Shown in pieces: positions 1-12,034 of a stretch of 64,000 nt of DNA. Both the position numbers and the translations under genes were made by a program. The stretch lies in NCBI GenBank assembly GCA_964016885.1, contig OZ024758.1:31868001-31932000 (forward strand), read 5' to 3'. Origin of the DNA: Eledone cirrhosa. Lineage: Eukaryota. How positions within the stretch are numbered: the stretch's first letter is position 1; each line of letters begins with the position of its first letter. The notes under the pieces are model-generated. The model had not been told where the DNA came from. It ran no database searches and was given only the letters and a program-made list of their open reading frames with translations.

Positions 1-165
1 AAAAGTTCGTAGACTGGCTGTGAAGGAGTGATGCTAGAGCTGTGAAATCTTGCATGCATTAATTTCAACTCTTATTAATAACTGCATTTTTTTTTTTTCA
101 GAGACTGTTGAAAAATAAACCTCATGTGGTCTTCAATGAGAGTACCTTGGTCAGCCGACCTTCCT
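1..165. mobile_element. Mariner-type MITE family A, partial copy cut by the window edge
   Basis: Same internal sequence (gaaggagtgatgctagagctgtgaaatcttgcatgcattaatttcaac...cttggtcagcc) as the complete copies at 8198, 14384 and 17411. Confidence 0.75.
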
Positions 166-362
166 ACAATGACTGTTGCTCGTAAAATCTGTTAAATAAT
201 AAAAGAAAAATTAATAAATAAATATTAATATCACAGAAGTAATTTGGTAAATCTAAGATTTTGCATATAAATTTAAAGACTAGAGAAAATTTTCTTTTAT
301 GTAGATGAATGTGTAAACTCTTCTGATTAAGGAAGTTACTTAACCTTCGAATGTACCCCTAA

Positions 363-585
363 AATAATTGTTTCTACTTTAAGCACAAGGCCAGCAATTA
401 TTCAGTACATTACTGGTACTTTATTTTATCGTCCCCGTAAGGATGAAAGGCAAAGTTAACCTCGGCGGGATTTGAACTCAGACTGTAAAGGGACGTAACT
501 ATGCTAAAATAATAATTGTTTCTACTTTAGGCACAAGGCCAGAATTAAACAGTGTATTACTGGTACTTTATTTTATCGACCCCAA
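363..585 (-). mobile_element. tRNA-derived SINE, two tandem partial copies
   Basis: Reverse complement contains a B-box (gagttcaaatccc), the core ccgaggttaactttgcctttcatcc...gataaaataaagtaccag and the tail gccttgtgc(c/t)taaagtagaaacaattatt; homologous to the full copy at 26837. Confidence 0.8.
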
Positions 586-885
586 AATAATAATATTTTA
601 TTATTATATTTTGTTAAAAACAGATTTCTCCAACGAAGAACCTAACACAACATCGATTCTATGTTAACTTGTCTAACAATTGAAGAAATGATTTCGATAA
701 ACAATTGTTGAATGATGAGAAATATCAAAACTTAAGTTTAAACACCAGCTGACTGGGGGCTTTGGGGACTTATGTCCCTCCAATAGTGAGGAAACTTGTT
801 GAATGATCTCTGGTTTTTACTACATGATCATATTTTTAATTTCTTTCTTCGTCTTGTATTGATGATAAAAAAAAGCGTGAGCTAG

Positions 886-937
886 TAATAATTGTTTCTA
901 CTTTTGGCACAAGGCCAGCAATTATCCCAGTGTATTA
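886..937 (-). mobile_element. SINE 3' tail fragment
   Basis: ataattgtttctacttttggcacaaggccagcaattatcccagtgtatta matches the tail at 363 and 63146. Confidence 0.7.
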
Positions 938-1003
938 TGTACAGTATATATACTTAAGTCCCTCCAACTAATGGAAGTTCTGTTTAATATTGTCCTTTTA
1001 AAA

Positions 1004-1285
1004 TACAGGATGTTTAAAAAAATTTTGAACTCATTTGAGATGTAAATATCCTAGAAACTACCAATATATATTGTAAATTAGTGTTATACCGTTGACAAAT
1101 TTTGAAGAATAAATCTTATATTGCTCAATATTAAGCCTCCTTAGTCCTAGACCAGAGGTTCCCAAACTTTTTGGGCGTCGCCTAAAGGCCACGTAATACC
1201 TACTTTGAGAACTTCTGTCCTAGACTTTGTAGTTCCTGAAATACTTACATTTCAAATGATATCTAAATTTTTGAAACACTCTGTA
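1004..1285. mobile_element. Tc1/mariner-type MITE
   Basis: TA-CAGGATGTTTAAAAAAATTT ... AAATTTTTGAAACACTCTG-TA: imperfect TIRs with TA flanks. Confidence 0.65.
1153..1217. mobile_element. 65-bp hAT-type MITE nested in the Tc1 MITE
   Basis: TIRs CAGAGGTTCCCAAA / TTTGAGAACTTCTG and an exact 8-bp TSD tcctagac at 1145-1152 and 1218-1225. Confidence 0.8.
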
Positions 1286-1494
1286 TATTGTATTTCCATT
1301 TTATACATATTGATTTCTGAATTAGGTCCACAGCTTATAGGTTAGGAATGAGATTGTGTGTCGTTTGTCTTTGTTAGGGATATTTAAAATGAATAACCTT
1401 TCAGTTTGTAATAGCTCAGGTTGACATTTACCCCGTTAGTTTTCCAACAATTGTTAATTCAGTTACTATATATATATATATATATATATATTTA

Positions 1495-1774
1495 GCCGTG
1501 CTGCCAATAAAAACACATGCATGTTGGATTTCACTTCAATTATAAATTTCCGGTTGGTTGGTTCAATATTGCCAAAGCTTTTTCGTCACACATTCTGTGA
1601 CCTGCTCGGTGACTGATTTCATATTTTGTGTCTCTCCTTTGTTCTGTCCACCATCTTGTTTTTCAAGAGCTTTGACGATATATAAATAACCATCTGGTTA
1701 TTGAACCAACCAAACAGAAATTTATAATAAAAGTGGAAACCAACAGGTGCATGTGTTTTTATTGGCAACATGAC
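1495..1774. mobile_element. MITE-like element with ~70-bp imperfect TIRs
   Basis: 1502-1568 (tgccaataaaaacacatgca...ggttggttcaata) is the reverse complement of 1699-1767. Confidence 0.65.
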
Positions 1775-2344
1775 CCTCCCAAAGTATAACAATATCTGTT
1801 TCAACACATGTTTTCAGATAAGAAATCTTGCAAAACAAATTCAAAAACGAAGTATATATATATTACGGAGTTCGATTCTTTGTAGTGGCTGCTGCCAACA
1901 TTTTTTCCCTCTCTAAGGATCTTTAACTGATTTTTATAAACTATTTTATAACAACTGACTAATTACAGTTATTTTCTGTGCTTGAGCATTCCACATTTTA
2001 TATATACAAATGGAAAAGGACTTTATATATTTAAATTCCACAATAATATAGATTTAAACAACTAATTCTTAATAATTTATAAGTAATGTCTATTCTGTAT
2101 TTAACTTAGCTGGAACTCCCACCCAACAAAATAAATACAGTAGCCCTAGATTGACTCATGTAGTAGACTGCTTATAAAGGTGACAACCTTGACAGTCTCT
2201 TACAAAATGTTGCTGACCTTGGTAACAACTTAAATCCTGAATGTGTGAGAATTGTTTAAAAAAAAAAAGAAACAAAAGTTAAAAATAGAATGAATCTTAA
2301 AACCTTAGCAGTTGCTTTGTTAAGGATATTATTGGTAATAAAGC

Positions 2345-2690
2345 CATCTTATTGTTACCAGAAGGCAGCAAATTGTCAGTCTTCAGAATGTCGGATAGCA
2401 TGATTTAGTGGTATTCGTTTTGGCTGTCTACTCTCTGAGCTCAAATCACACTGAAGTCAATTTTGCCTTTCATCCATTGGAGGTCAATAAAAAAAGTGAT
2501 AGTCAAGTACTAGGGTTGATTCTTCTTCTATATTTCTTTTTCACTTCCATTCTCTTACTCTCCTTCTTTGGAAGAAATTCACTGTATTCAGATGTGGAGA
2601 GGATTGGGCTCCACCAGGTTTTAAAATGTCGTACAAATGCTATATACTGAGCCCCTAGCAGTTATGGGACCCTACGCCTCATGCAATTGT
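2345..2690 (+). mobile_element. Degenerate tRNA-SINE with long 3' part
   Basis: gagctcaaatcacactgaagtcaattttgcctttcatcc core; the 3' part matches the reverse complement of the 25745-26310 copies. Confidence 0.6.
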
Positions 2691-3329
2691 TATCAGAATA
2701 TTTCCAATATACATTATATTTGCTGTTTAACCTCAGGTTAATCCTGATTAAGCACATACATCATCATAAACGTTCCGGATGTGACCATCCTGTTTTATTT
2801 GAAGCTATCGTATGTCTAGGTGTCTAGGACTGAACAGAGAGGAATCTGGCCAAGCATATGGCTACTGTCCGTGATTACAAAGGGTGACAAAGAGTAGTGG
2901 TTGTGTCTAAGGCCCCTGACCTTCAATCATGAGGATAGTATTATTCAATTCATATCTAGGACTGCATATTCAAAATGCTCTTCCATTTTTAAGACATTAA
3001 ACGTATAATTTGAGAGAGATTTGGCTGTTGGTTCTAGCCAGTGGGACAGTTGGAAGAATCAATAGAGCAGCTGCTGACAAAATGCCTGCAGTATTTAGTT
3101 ACAGATCTTTAAAAGGTAAAAATCTGTAACTTAAGTTACAGTTTAAACCACACAGAAGTTAGAGTTTAAATCACACAGAGGTCAACTTTACTATTCATTG
3201 GTGGTTGATAAAATAAAGTAACAGTCAAATATTAGGCTTTATTTAATATTTGTATTAAGTCTCCAAGATGTAATTTTTTTAATGGTTGGTTTGGATGGGA
3301 GGAAGGAGTTATGCCTATATATATATATA

Positions 3330-5115
3330 TATAAATTAATTGACCAGGTCATGAAGGTCACAGAAAAAGTTATAGCGCAACTAATCAGAGAGCGAATTGA
3401 TCTAGATGAAATGCAGTTTGGGTTTGTGTCAGGTAAAAGTGCCACAGACGCACTTTTCCTTGTACAGCAACAACAGGAGAAGTACCTAGCTAAAAGTAAA
3501 CCCCTATACTTAGCTTTTGTTGACTTGGAGAAAGAGTCCCCACTTCATTATCTGGTGGGCTCTTAGAAAACTAGGTGTTGATGAATGGCTTGTGAGAGCT
3601 ATACAAGCCATGTATAAAGAAACAGTCAGCAAGGTTAGAATTAACAACGAATATAGTGCAGAGTTTAGCATAAAAGTTAGTGTTCATCAGGGCTCTGTCC
3701 TTAGCCCCCTCCTATTTATTATTTCCCTTCAGGCTATAACAGAGGAGTTCAAGACTGGCTGCCCATGGGAACTTCTATACGCAGATGATCTAACGCTCAT
3801 AGCTGAATCAATGGCTGAACTAGAGAAGAAATTCCAAACTTGGAAGCATGGCCTAGAATCAAAAGGCCTTAAAATTAACTTGTCTAAGACTAAAGTTCTA
3901 GTATGTAGGAAGGAAAATAGGGCACTAGTCCTCTCTTGGAAATGGCCATGCTCAGTGTGTAGGAAAGGAGTAGGCAGAAACTCCATTTTATGTCCCAAAT
4001 GCAAAGTATGGGTGCATAAAAGATGTAGTGGGATCACAGGTAAGCTAACTAAGAACATAGATTTTATATGTGGCCGGTGCTCAGGTGCAATAAGTAGTAG
4101 CAAGTGCCCACAGGATACTAGTTCCTTCCATTGCCCAGATGGTTCTATAGAAATAGTGGACACCTTCCATTACCTGGGTGACAAAATCAGCAGTGGTGGA
4201 GGGTGCTCAGAATGTAGCTAGATTCAGAACGGGATGGAAAAAGTTCAGAGAGCTTATACCACTATTGGCCGCTAAAGGTTTCTCTCTAAAAATGAAAGGC
4301 AGACTGTATGATGCCTGCATACGAACAGCAATGTTACATGGCAGTGAGACATGGGCACTACGTGCAGAGGATCTGCGCAGACTGGAGAGGAATGAAGCAT
4401 GCATGCTCTGCTGGATGTGTAATAGTAATATATGTGAATGGCAAAGCATAAATGAACTAAGTGAGAAATTAGGAATAAGAGGGATCAGATGCTGTTTACT
4501 CGAGAGAAGACTATGTTAGTATGGTCACGTGATGTGCATGAAAGACGACAGCTGTATAAAAAAGTGCAGGGTGATCAAAATAGATGGAAGCTACGGAGTA
4601 GGCAGACTCAGAAAAAGGATGATTTAATAAATTCCGACCTTACACACTGTCTTAGAGAGGTGTACCTCTCTAAGACAATGTCACTGGACCGAGATTTTTG
4701 GCGCTACGCAGTAATACAGAAGACCCGCCTTGCCTAAGTACAAAGCGAAACCTAGTCAGTAGGTACCTCTTAAACAAAAATACACCCCATCCCATTACCC
4801 TTACCCCCACCTCCATCTACACCTAAAGTTATGTTAGTACCACAACATCCAGTCCTAAATAAATGGGGTCATGTAGGTGTCACGACAAAAAAACACACAG
4901 TCCATGCTGTAATGTGGCCATGTAGGTAACACGGTAAAATCCTCCCAGTCCACACTGTAAACATGGTTGATGTTAGGAAGGGCATCCAGCCATAGAAAAC
5001 CTGCCAGACAGTCCCATACGAGCAAGACAACCAATCTTGCCTCACGTGGGACAATTCCCGTCTAAACCCATGCTAGCGTGGAAGATAGACCTTAAACGAT
5101 GATGATGAAGATGAT
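3330..5115 (+). mobile_element. 5'-truncated RTE-clade LINE (RT with PHD-like zinc finger), frameshifted
   Basis: QFGFVSGKSATDA, FVDLEK, VHQGSVLSPLLF, LLYADDL; WPCSVC..CPKC..WVHKRC..FICGRC; HGSETW; 3' UTR ending in (GAT)n. Confidence 0.92.
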
Positions 5116-5199
5116 ATATATATTTATAGAGAGAGAATACAGCAAAAGTAACACTTTTTATTTTTATATTATATAATTTCGTATGTATTTTATAATGTA

Positions 5200-6273
5200 T
5201 CAGTTCTTTCTCTTTATTGCAGGAATTTTGAATAAAGATGGCCATGCGATTAACAAAGGAACAAAGAGTGAAAGCTGTTCAACCAAAATAATAAAAATGG
5301 AGCTAAAGCCGCCCATTTGTTATCAGCAGAATTTAACATTAAGCAAGTGCAGAGCCGAAATATCACAAACTTAATTAGAAAATTTGAAAGAACAGGAAGC
5401 GTAAGTGATGCCCCCAAACAAGCCAGGCCAGTTTCAGCAACAAATATAAAAAAGTCCTATAAAATAAGGGAATCATTGTTGTCCACTCCTCAAAAATCCA
5501 GTAGACGTCTTTCTTCAGAGTTGGGTATCAGAGATAGAAGTGTTTGTAGACTCTTAAAGAAGCTTAAGATGAAACCTTACATCCCTCACTTGTTACAGAG
5601 CTTGAATGATGGACATGCAGATAGACAATTAGAGTTTTGTGAAATTTTCCGGAATAAAGTCAATGAAGATGAGACCTTTCTTGATAAGATATGGTGGTCA
5701 GATGAAGCAAGCTTCAAATTGAATGGACATATCAATCGCTATAATTGTGTATACTGGATTTTTGTTAATCCACATGTTATCTTGGAAAATGATGTTAACC
5801 TACCAGGAGTGACAGTTTGGGCTGCCATTTCTACCATGAGAATAATAGGATCAATATTCTTTGATGGTACTGTTAATCAAGATAACTATTTAGATATGCT
5901 GCAAACTGAACTCTGCCCGAGAATGATAGTTACTTTCAACAGGATGACGCACCATCCCAATATGGGTTACGAGTTCGGGAATGGTTAAATCTTCATTTTG
6001 AGGGGAGGTGGATAGGACAATGTGGAGCAATTGAGTGGCCCTTAGGATCATCAGACCTGACTCCATCTGACCTTTTCTTGTGGGGATATATTGGAAGATC
6101 TTGTTTACAGGCTCAAACCCAAAACAATTCCTGAATTAAAACAAGCAATGTTTGATAGATTTTCTGAAATTAAAGTTGAAATGTGTCAAAGGGTTTGTAG
6201 AAATGTTGTTGGTAGTGTTCAGTGTTGTATTGAACATGGAGGGCTGTATTTGAACATGGCGGCTGTGATTTGA
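5200..6273 (+). pseudogene. Tc1/mariner superfamily transposase, DD41D (rosa/Visitor-type), frameshifted
   Basis: HTH region (KFERTGSV, SSRRLSSELG), WWSDEASF, then in a shifted frame FQQD-x41-D (QQDDAPSQY...WPLGSSDLTPSDLFLWG), counted by hand. Confidence 0.88.
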
Positions 6274-6409
6274 ACATGTTAATTAGGTTAGTAAACATGT
6301 AGGATACAGTTTTTTCATGTTGTTTTGATGAGACAATAATAAATTTTCTTAAACTACTGTAATAAAAGTTAATAAATATAAAAAACATTTTCTGCATATA
6401 TATATATCA

Positions 6410-6602
6410 GAATGAAAGCGGTAAAAATCAGCTAGACCATTACTCACCAGAGCACTCAATACTTGAGGTAGTAGAGTCGGTATATGAAAAATTCAGGACC
6501 CCGATGGCTGAGCTCCTGCCATTTCAACAGTTAGATCCGAACTAGATTTAGCTGTTGGAATGGCAGGAGCTCAGCCATTGGGGTCCTGAATTTTTCATAT
6601 AT
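6410..6602. repeat. Fold-back element with ~57-bp arms, homologous to 22210-22430
   Basis: tatatgaaaaattcaggaccccgatggctgagctcctgccatttcaacagttagatc / gatttagctgttggaatggcaggagctcagccattggggtcctgaatttttcatatata. Confidence 0.85.
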
Positions 6603-6730
6603 ATCTATATGTAAAAGAGGTAACTAAGCCAAAACTACCGAGCTTGCAGTAGATCCTCCGCTTTCACTAATATACCCACTCTGCATCTCACCATGTACTG
6701 AATTAAAGATAGCAAGTTTGGCTTTTACAC

Positions 6731-7010
6731 TCACTTCCATTCATCTGATTGCTGAAGCTGGTGCATTACTGCATCAGCTCCTGCAATTCTTGTACTTAAT
6801 TCAGCCTCTTGCCTTCCATCACTCATGAACATGGCCCCAAGATACTTGAACTTCTCTACCTGTTTCAGTAGAACTCCATTTACATGTAAAGTGAGCTGTG
6901 CAGGCTTCCTTGAGAGGACGAACGTCCTAGTTTTCGCAGCACTGATTTTCATTCCAGCCATGCAGCACTCGGCATCAAACCTATCAAGTGCAAGTTGGAG
7001 ATCACCTGCT
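6731..7010 (-). mobile_element. LINE reverse transcriptase fragment (RTE-like)
   Basis: GMKISAAKT...LKQVEKFKYLG...ELSTRIAGA, typical RT domain 6/7 and thumb. Confidence 0.8.
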
Positions 7011-8197
7011 TATGATTTTGAAAAAATTCAATAATTTGGAGGGGTTTTGTAAAATATTTAACTTTCTTATAATCAAGCTACAGTTTGAAGTATAATTTAA
7101 CAAAAGTTCTTACATAAAATTATCAAGGACCCTCAGTTGTGTCAAAGACATGACAACCTCCCCAGTGCACTCAGTAGAACATGAGACCATATATAAGTGA
7201 GACAACAGATCCCTGGCTCGTCTGGAAGATCAGTAGCCACTGCTTCTGTACTGGCTTGTTCTATTTAGACCCGTCCAACCCTTGCTAGAAAGGAAAGCAG
7301 AGATTAAAACAATGATGATGGTGATAAATTTTAAAATAAATAGAGCCTCCTGACCATCTCCAGAAAGAGGGTGAGAGAGAGAGCAAAGCTTTGAGCTAAT
7401 TATGAAAAATGAGATGAACAACAGGCATTCTAAATTAAGAATATTCTGTGGATCTCTTGCCACTTTAGTAGCTTTTGTAGGTGCTGTTTGTCTCGCTCTA
7501 CTTACTGTACCACCCACTTTATTCAAACTATACCTTGTATCTTTTCTAAATGCTTATGTCATACGAGTAAGTGCTTATTTTGACTAGCCACTAGTTTTCC
7601 TCTTCTAGTTAACAATTCACCATTTTGTCCATTTTAAATTCTTTTCAATTTTTCTCAAACTATCCTCACAGCATCATGCTCTAATCTATAAAATCTCACT
7701 TTATAACTGACTCTTGACTCTTGTCTTCTTGGCAATATTAATCATTTATACAGTGCTAGTAAAACATTCCTTTACTATTTGCAAAAATAGGGCATTATAT
7801 CCACTGTTATATATTTAATTACTCTCAGGTCTTGAATAATTTTTCAGATCTGTTCCACCTCCCCACCACTTTTACTCCAACCCCCACCCCCACCTATTAA
7901 ATTTTGTTACTCTATCTCTGGCGAAATTTTATTGCAAGTGACACAGCAGCTGGAGAGTCTAATGAGAATTTTATTTTATATAAAAAAAAACATTATATAT
8001 GACAAAAAAAGAACATTACAAGAAATCCCATATTACCCCCACCACAACCACCACCTATTATTTGGTACCCTATCAAGTGTAAGCACAAAATAGACAACTA
8101 CAATTTTTTAAAGTATAAAAATAATAGAGTAATTTTTAATGTCCTGTACCGCATGAAACCGCATTTACAAGATTTCTCAAAAAGTACAAAATAGTAC

Positions 8198-8396
8198 TAC
8201 ATGGGTAGGTTGAAAAGTTCACTGGCTGACTATGAAGGAGTGATGCTTGAGCTGTGAAATCTTGCATGCATTAATTTCAACCCTTCTTAATAACTGCATT
8301 GTTTCTCTCTAAGGACTATGTTGAAAAATAAACCTAATTTGGTCATTCCATAAAAATATCTTGGTCAGCCTAGGAACTTTTCAGCCAACCCTTGTA
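8198..8396. mobile_element. Mariner-type MITE family A
   Basis: TIRs tacatgggtaggttgaaaagttc / gaacttttcagccaacccttgta with TA ends. Confidence 0.8.
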
Positions 8397-8523
8397 TGAT
8401 TGCATTTTATTAAAGATTAGATCCTTTACATTGATGCTACAAATTTTCACAACGATCTGTCTACTAGTAAAAATACTTATAAGATGTAACACAATTTGGG
8501 CAGGCATTAAAAAAAAAATGGTT

Positions 8524-9473
8524 TTAACCCTTTAGCATTTAAACTGGCCATATCTGGCCAGAATTCTCTCACCTCTGTCTGTTCAAACTGGTGGTAACTA
8601 GTTCTCAAAATAAATATCAAAATCTCATAGATTCGATATTATGTGAGATAAGTGTTTACCATGAAAATATAATAGTAAATATTCTTCTTGTAACGCTAAA
8701 TTCCGCCAGTTGCAGACTGTGCATCAACATGAGATATTTTTCTCCACAAAGTTTGATTGCCAACAGCAGAGTTTAAAGAGCAAAGATCAAGTCCAGTCCA
8801 TAAGTTGACATTATCAAGCCATGCTGGCCTCTGCTTCTCTTACCAGCCAACCTTCCTTCCAGACATAACATACTCACACCACGAGTTGATCTTTTTATAT
8901 GGCCGTATAGTTTGATTACTCTTGACTTGACAAATGATGTAATTGGTCAATGGTAATGTTGAGCAGCTCACTGATACAGATACGGTTGCTGAGCCGCTTG
9001 CCTCATGATGTGGTTCTGGAATGTAGAGAGCTTCTGAAGTGACCTTGTCATCCAATTAACACAGTCAAGACTATATAATACTGCTCCTCTGGCCATCAAA
9101 TATGAGGTAAAATCCTATCAAATCTTAACTATGCAGACGATCTGGCCATCATGAGTTACTCTAGAACTGATCTGCAAAACTTTCTGAATGTACTGACCAA
9201 ACATTCGCTGGAGCCTGGCTTACACATCAACATCTCCAAAACAAAGTGTATGACAACTGATAAAAACAATGCCAATCTCCAACTCACAATCTACAACCAG
9301 CAAATTGTTCAAGTTACGGAATTTGTATATCTCGGTCACAAACTATCATCAAACAACAATGGAATGGTTGCTGTGTAGTATCGCATCGCTCTAGGTTGGG
9401 CAGCTTTCAACAAGAACAAGGAAGTACTAACATCAATAGTAAATATAGAGTAATGTAAATGCTAAAGGTTTAA
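8524..9473. mobile_element. piggyBac-type (TTAA-CCC) MITE family B, interrupted by a LINE insertion
   Basis: ttaaccctttagcattt ... aaatgctaaaggtttaa; the two halves match the uninterrupted copy at 10524-10662. Confidence 0.75.
8683..9434. mobile_element. RTE-like LINE insertion with inverted 5' segment and 12-bp TSD
   Basis: TSD aatagtaaatat at 8671-8682 and 9435-9446; minus-strand C-terminus (KLYGHIKR..LEGRLAGKRSRG..WLDNVNLWTGL) joined to plus-strand RT (YADDL, INISKTKCM, FVYLG). Confidence 0.8.
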
Positions 9474-10006
9474 ACTATGAATGTCAGGTGAAGAGTATAA
9501 AGTTTGTCCATTGTATCTTTTTATTATCATTCTACATTGTTATTCTAGTTGTAATATTTTAATACATTTTAAAAACATTAAGAAGTGTGAAAATTTAATT
9601 TAAAGGCCGCTGAAGCGCTAGAACTCCACTAGCTGACCCTTGACCTTATAAGATATAGGGTGATTTTCTGGGACATTTTTTGGAAAAAACTGTATCTTAT
9701 AAGCTGTCAAATACGGTATTTTTGGCTAAATCATTATAGGTTATTAAGAGTTAATGTATAATGCAACATCTAGATTTTATTCTTATTTTGTCATATTTAA
9801 CTTATAAAAGTTGGAGTTAGTTACAACAAACAAAACACACTATTAAATAATCAATTTTTTTTTCAAATCTCCTTGTGGATATTTACATACTATAAATAAT
9901 GATGCTCCCAATATATATGTAAAGAATTATTTGATGCCAGTACAAAATCATTTTGAACTTACCAATAACTTTAAAGTATATTAATCCATATCATGGCATC
10001 ATACAT

Positions 10007-10201
10007 TTAACCCTTTAACATTTACATCACTTTATATTTACTATTGTATTTTCACGGTAAACACTTTATCTCACATAATTATCCTACATAATATCAAATC
10101 TATGAGATTTTTATATTATTTATTTTGAGAACAATAACTTGACATCAGTATGAGTGGTTAGTAATGGAAAGAGGTGAGAGATTTAAATGCTAAAGGGTTA
10201 A
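10007..10201. mobile_element. piggyBac-type MITE family B
   Basis: ttaaccctttaacattt ... aaatgctaaagggttaa. Confidence 0.75.
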
Positions 10202-10523
10202 CAAAAAATAGAAATTATTTTGCCACTATTTTAGTGGCCTCTGCTCCTTGGAGATAGTTAATCCCAAGTGTCTTTCCATTTATGTCTACTTGATTCATTT
10301 ATCTATCCTCCATATTATGTTCACCACTAAAGACATTGCACTAACCACTTTTCTCCAATTCTCTCTCAGAAGACAAGTTTTAGGGAAGTAACGTCAAAGG
10401 TTGACTTGTAGTCAGCATGTAGTTGTTCAAGGAGAGTATTAACTGCATCAGTCTCACCAATCTCAGAGGACATGTGAAGGCTTAGGAACTGACCTTTCTT
10501 TCTGATCAAACTATAAAAAATAT

Positions 10524-10662
10524 TTAATCCTTTAGCATTTAAACCGGCCATATCTGGCCAGAATTCTCTCACCTCTTTCTGTTCAGATAATTATGTGAAA
10601 TAAAGTGTTTACCATGAAAATACAATAGTAAATATAGAGTAATGTAAATGCTAAAGGGTTAA
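10524..10662. mobile_element. piggyBac-type MITE family B (internally deleted)
   Basis: ttaatcctttagcattt ... aaatgctaaagggttaa. Confidence 0.75.
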
Positions 10663-11727
10663 ACATTGCTAATCTGAAATCCAATATTTGATGCCTACCA
10701 TATTCTCATTAACAAAAAAGAAATCCTTTATTCATTTGGGTTAGACATGGACAATTTTTAATATTTGAACTTTGAAATAACTTACAAAACAAGTTGCTTC
10801 TACTGGCTCTGTTACCCTAAATTTTTATATAATCTTTATACAACTATACACTTTACTTGTAATTATGCCTACACATGTGTACTGTCCTCCTTACTTGCTG
10901 AAATGATTAAAATAATATTAGTCATTGAGTTGACCTCTTCAGTGCCGCAGACGAGATAACTCGTCCTAACATGTTTGAACTCTTTTCCAACAGTTCATAA
11001 ATTCAAAGTTATGAAATCATTTCCAACAGTTCATAACTTCAAAGCTAGAGGGGGTTACTAGTTTATTGATGTGACATTTGTCAATCATTCAGATGTGTTG
11101 TTAATAAATGTTTGTTTTAAAAAATAGTCATTTTACTGAGAGAAAAAAAACCCCAGCACAGCAACTGAAGCTGTGTAAAATATATACGGCAGTCAACAGG
11201 TTAATCTTATATATTCCTCATTGCTTAATTAGTTCCAATTAGATTTTGATTTTTAATGCTCGTCTCATTAAATATGCTAACTCTAATTTAACTATCATTT
11301 TTTCATATAGATGTTATCTTTGAGTATTTAACCTTAGTGACTTTTTTTAAAACAGTAATAACCTATTTTAACCATCATCAGCCCTTTAGCTGGTGAACTG
11401 GTATTCAATCATCTCAGGCTGCTCTTAAAATATGTTACAATACTGTCCACTTTTTTCCATCTCTAGGGTTTTATACAACCAACTTGTTTGACTATTTTTT
11501 CCTATTCAAAACATGCATTGTAGCAGCTTACAAAATACAAGCATACTTTCAAAACTCAAAATTGCTCAATGCTTCATAAAATGATTAATTCTTTATTTAC
11601 ATATACTGGCCCAAAAATAAAACTTAAAAAAGATGGCCAAGTGTTTTGTCTCAGTTAGGTGTAATGGTAGCATAGCCAGCCAAACAAAACCACCCGTTTT
11701 AAAGGGTTCCTATTTAAATTAATGTGA

Positions 11728-12020
11728 AAGCATATGGCTTAATGATTAGGGGATTCAACTCATGATCATAAGAGAATGAGTTTGATTCCCAGACCAAAAA
11801 GCACACTGTGTCCTTGAGTAAGATGCTTATTTTCATGTCACTCCTGTCCACTTAACTGGCAAAAATGAGTTGTACATGTAATTTAAGAGGCCAGCATTGT
11901 CACACACTGTTATGGGTGCATGTGTCTGTGGAATGGTCAGCCACTTACACGTTAATTTCATGTGTAGGCATTTCCATTGAGTGAATCAACTGGAGCACTT
12001 GTCATCAGAATCGTTGGAAG
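11728..12020 (+). mobile_element. tRNA-derived SINE with CORE-like central motif
   Basis: A-box-like tggcttaatgattag, B-box-like gagtttgattccc, then tgtgtccttgagtaagatgctt. Confidence 0.6.
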
Positions 12021-12034
12021 TCCTTATATCATTA

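Noticed and set aside
10366-10510. Possible terminal coding exon on the minus strand (LIRKKGQFLSLHM...)
   Set aside because: Weak acceptor abutting a MITE, no recognisable homology and no partner exons.
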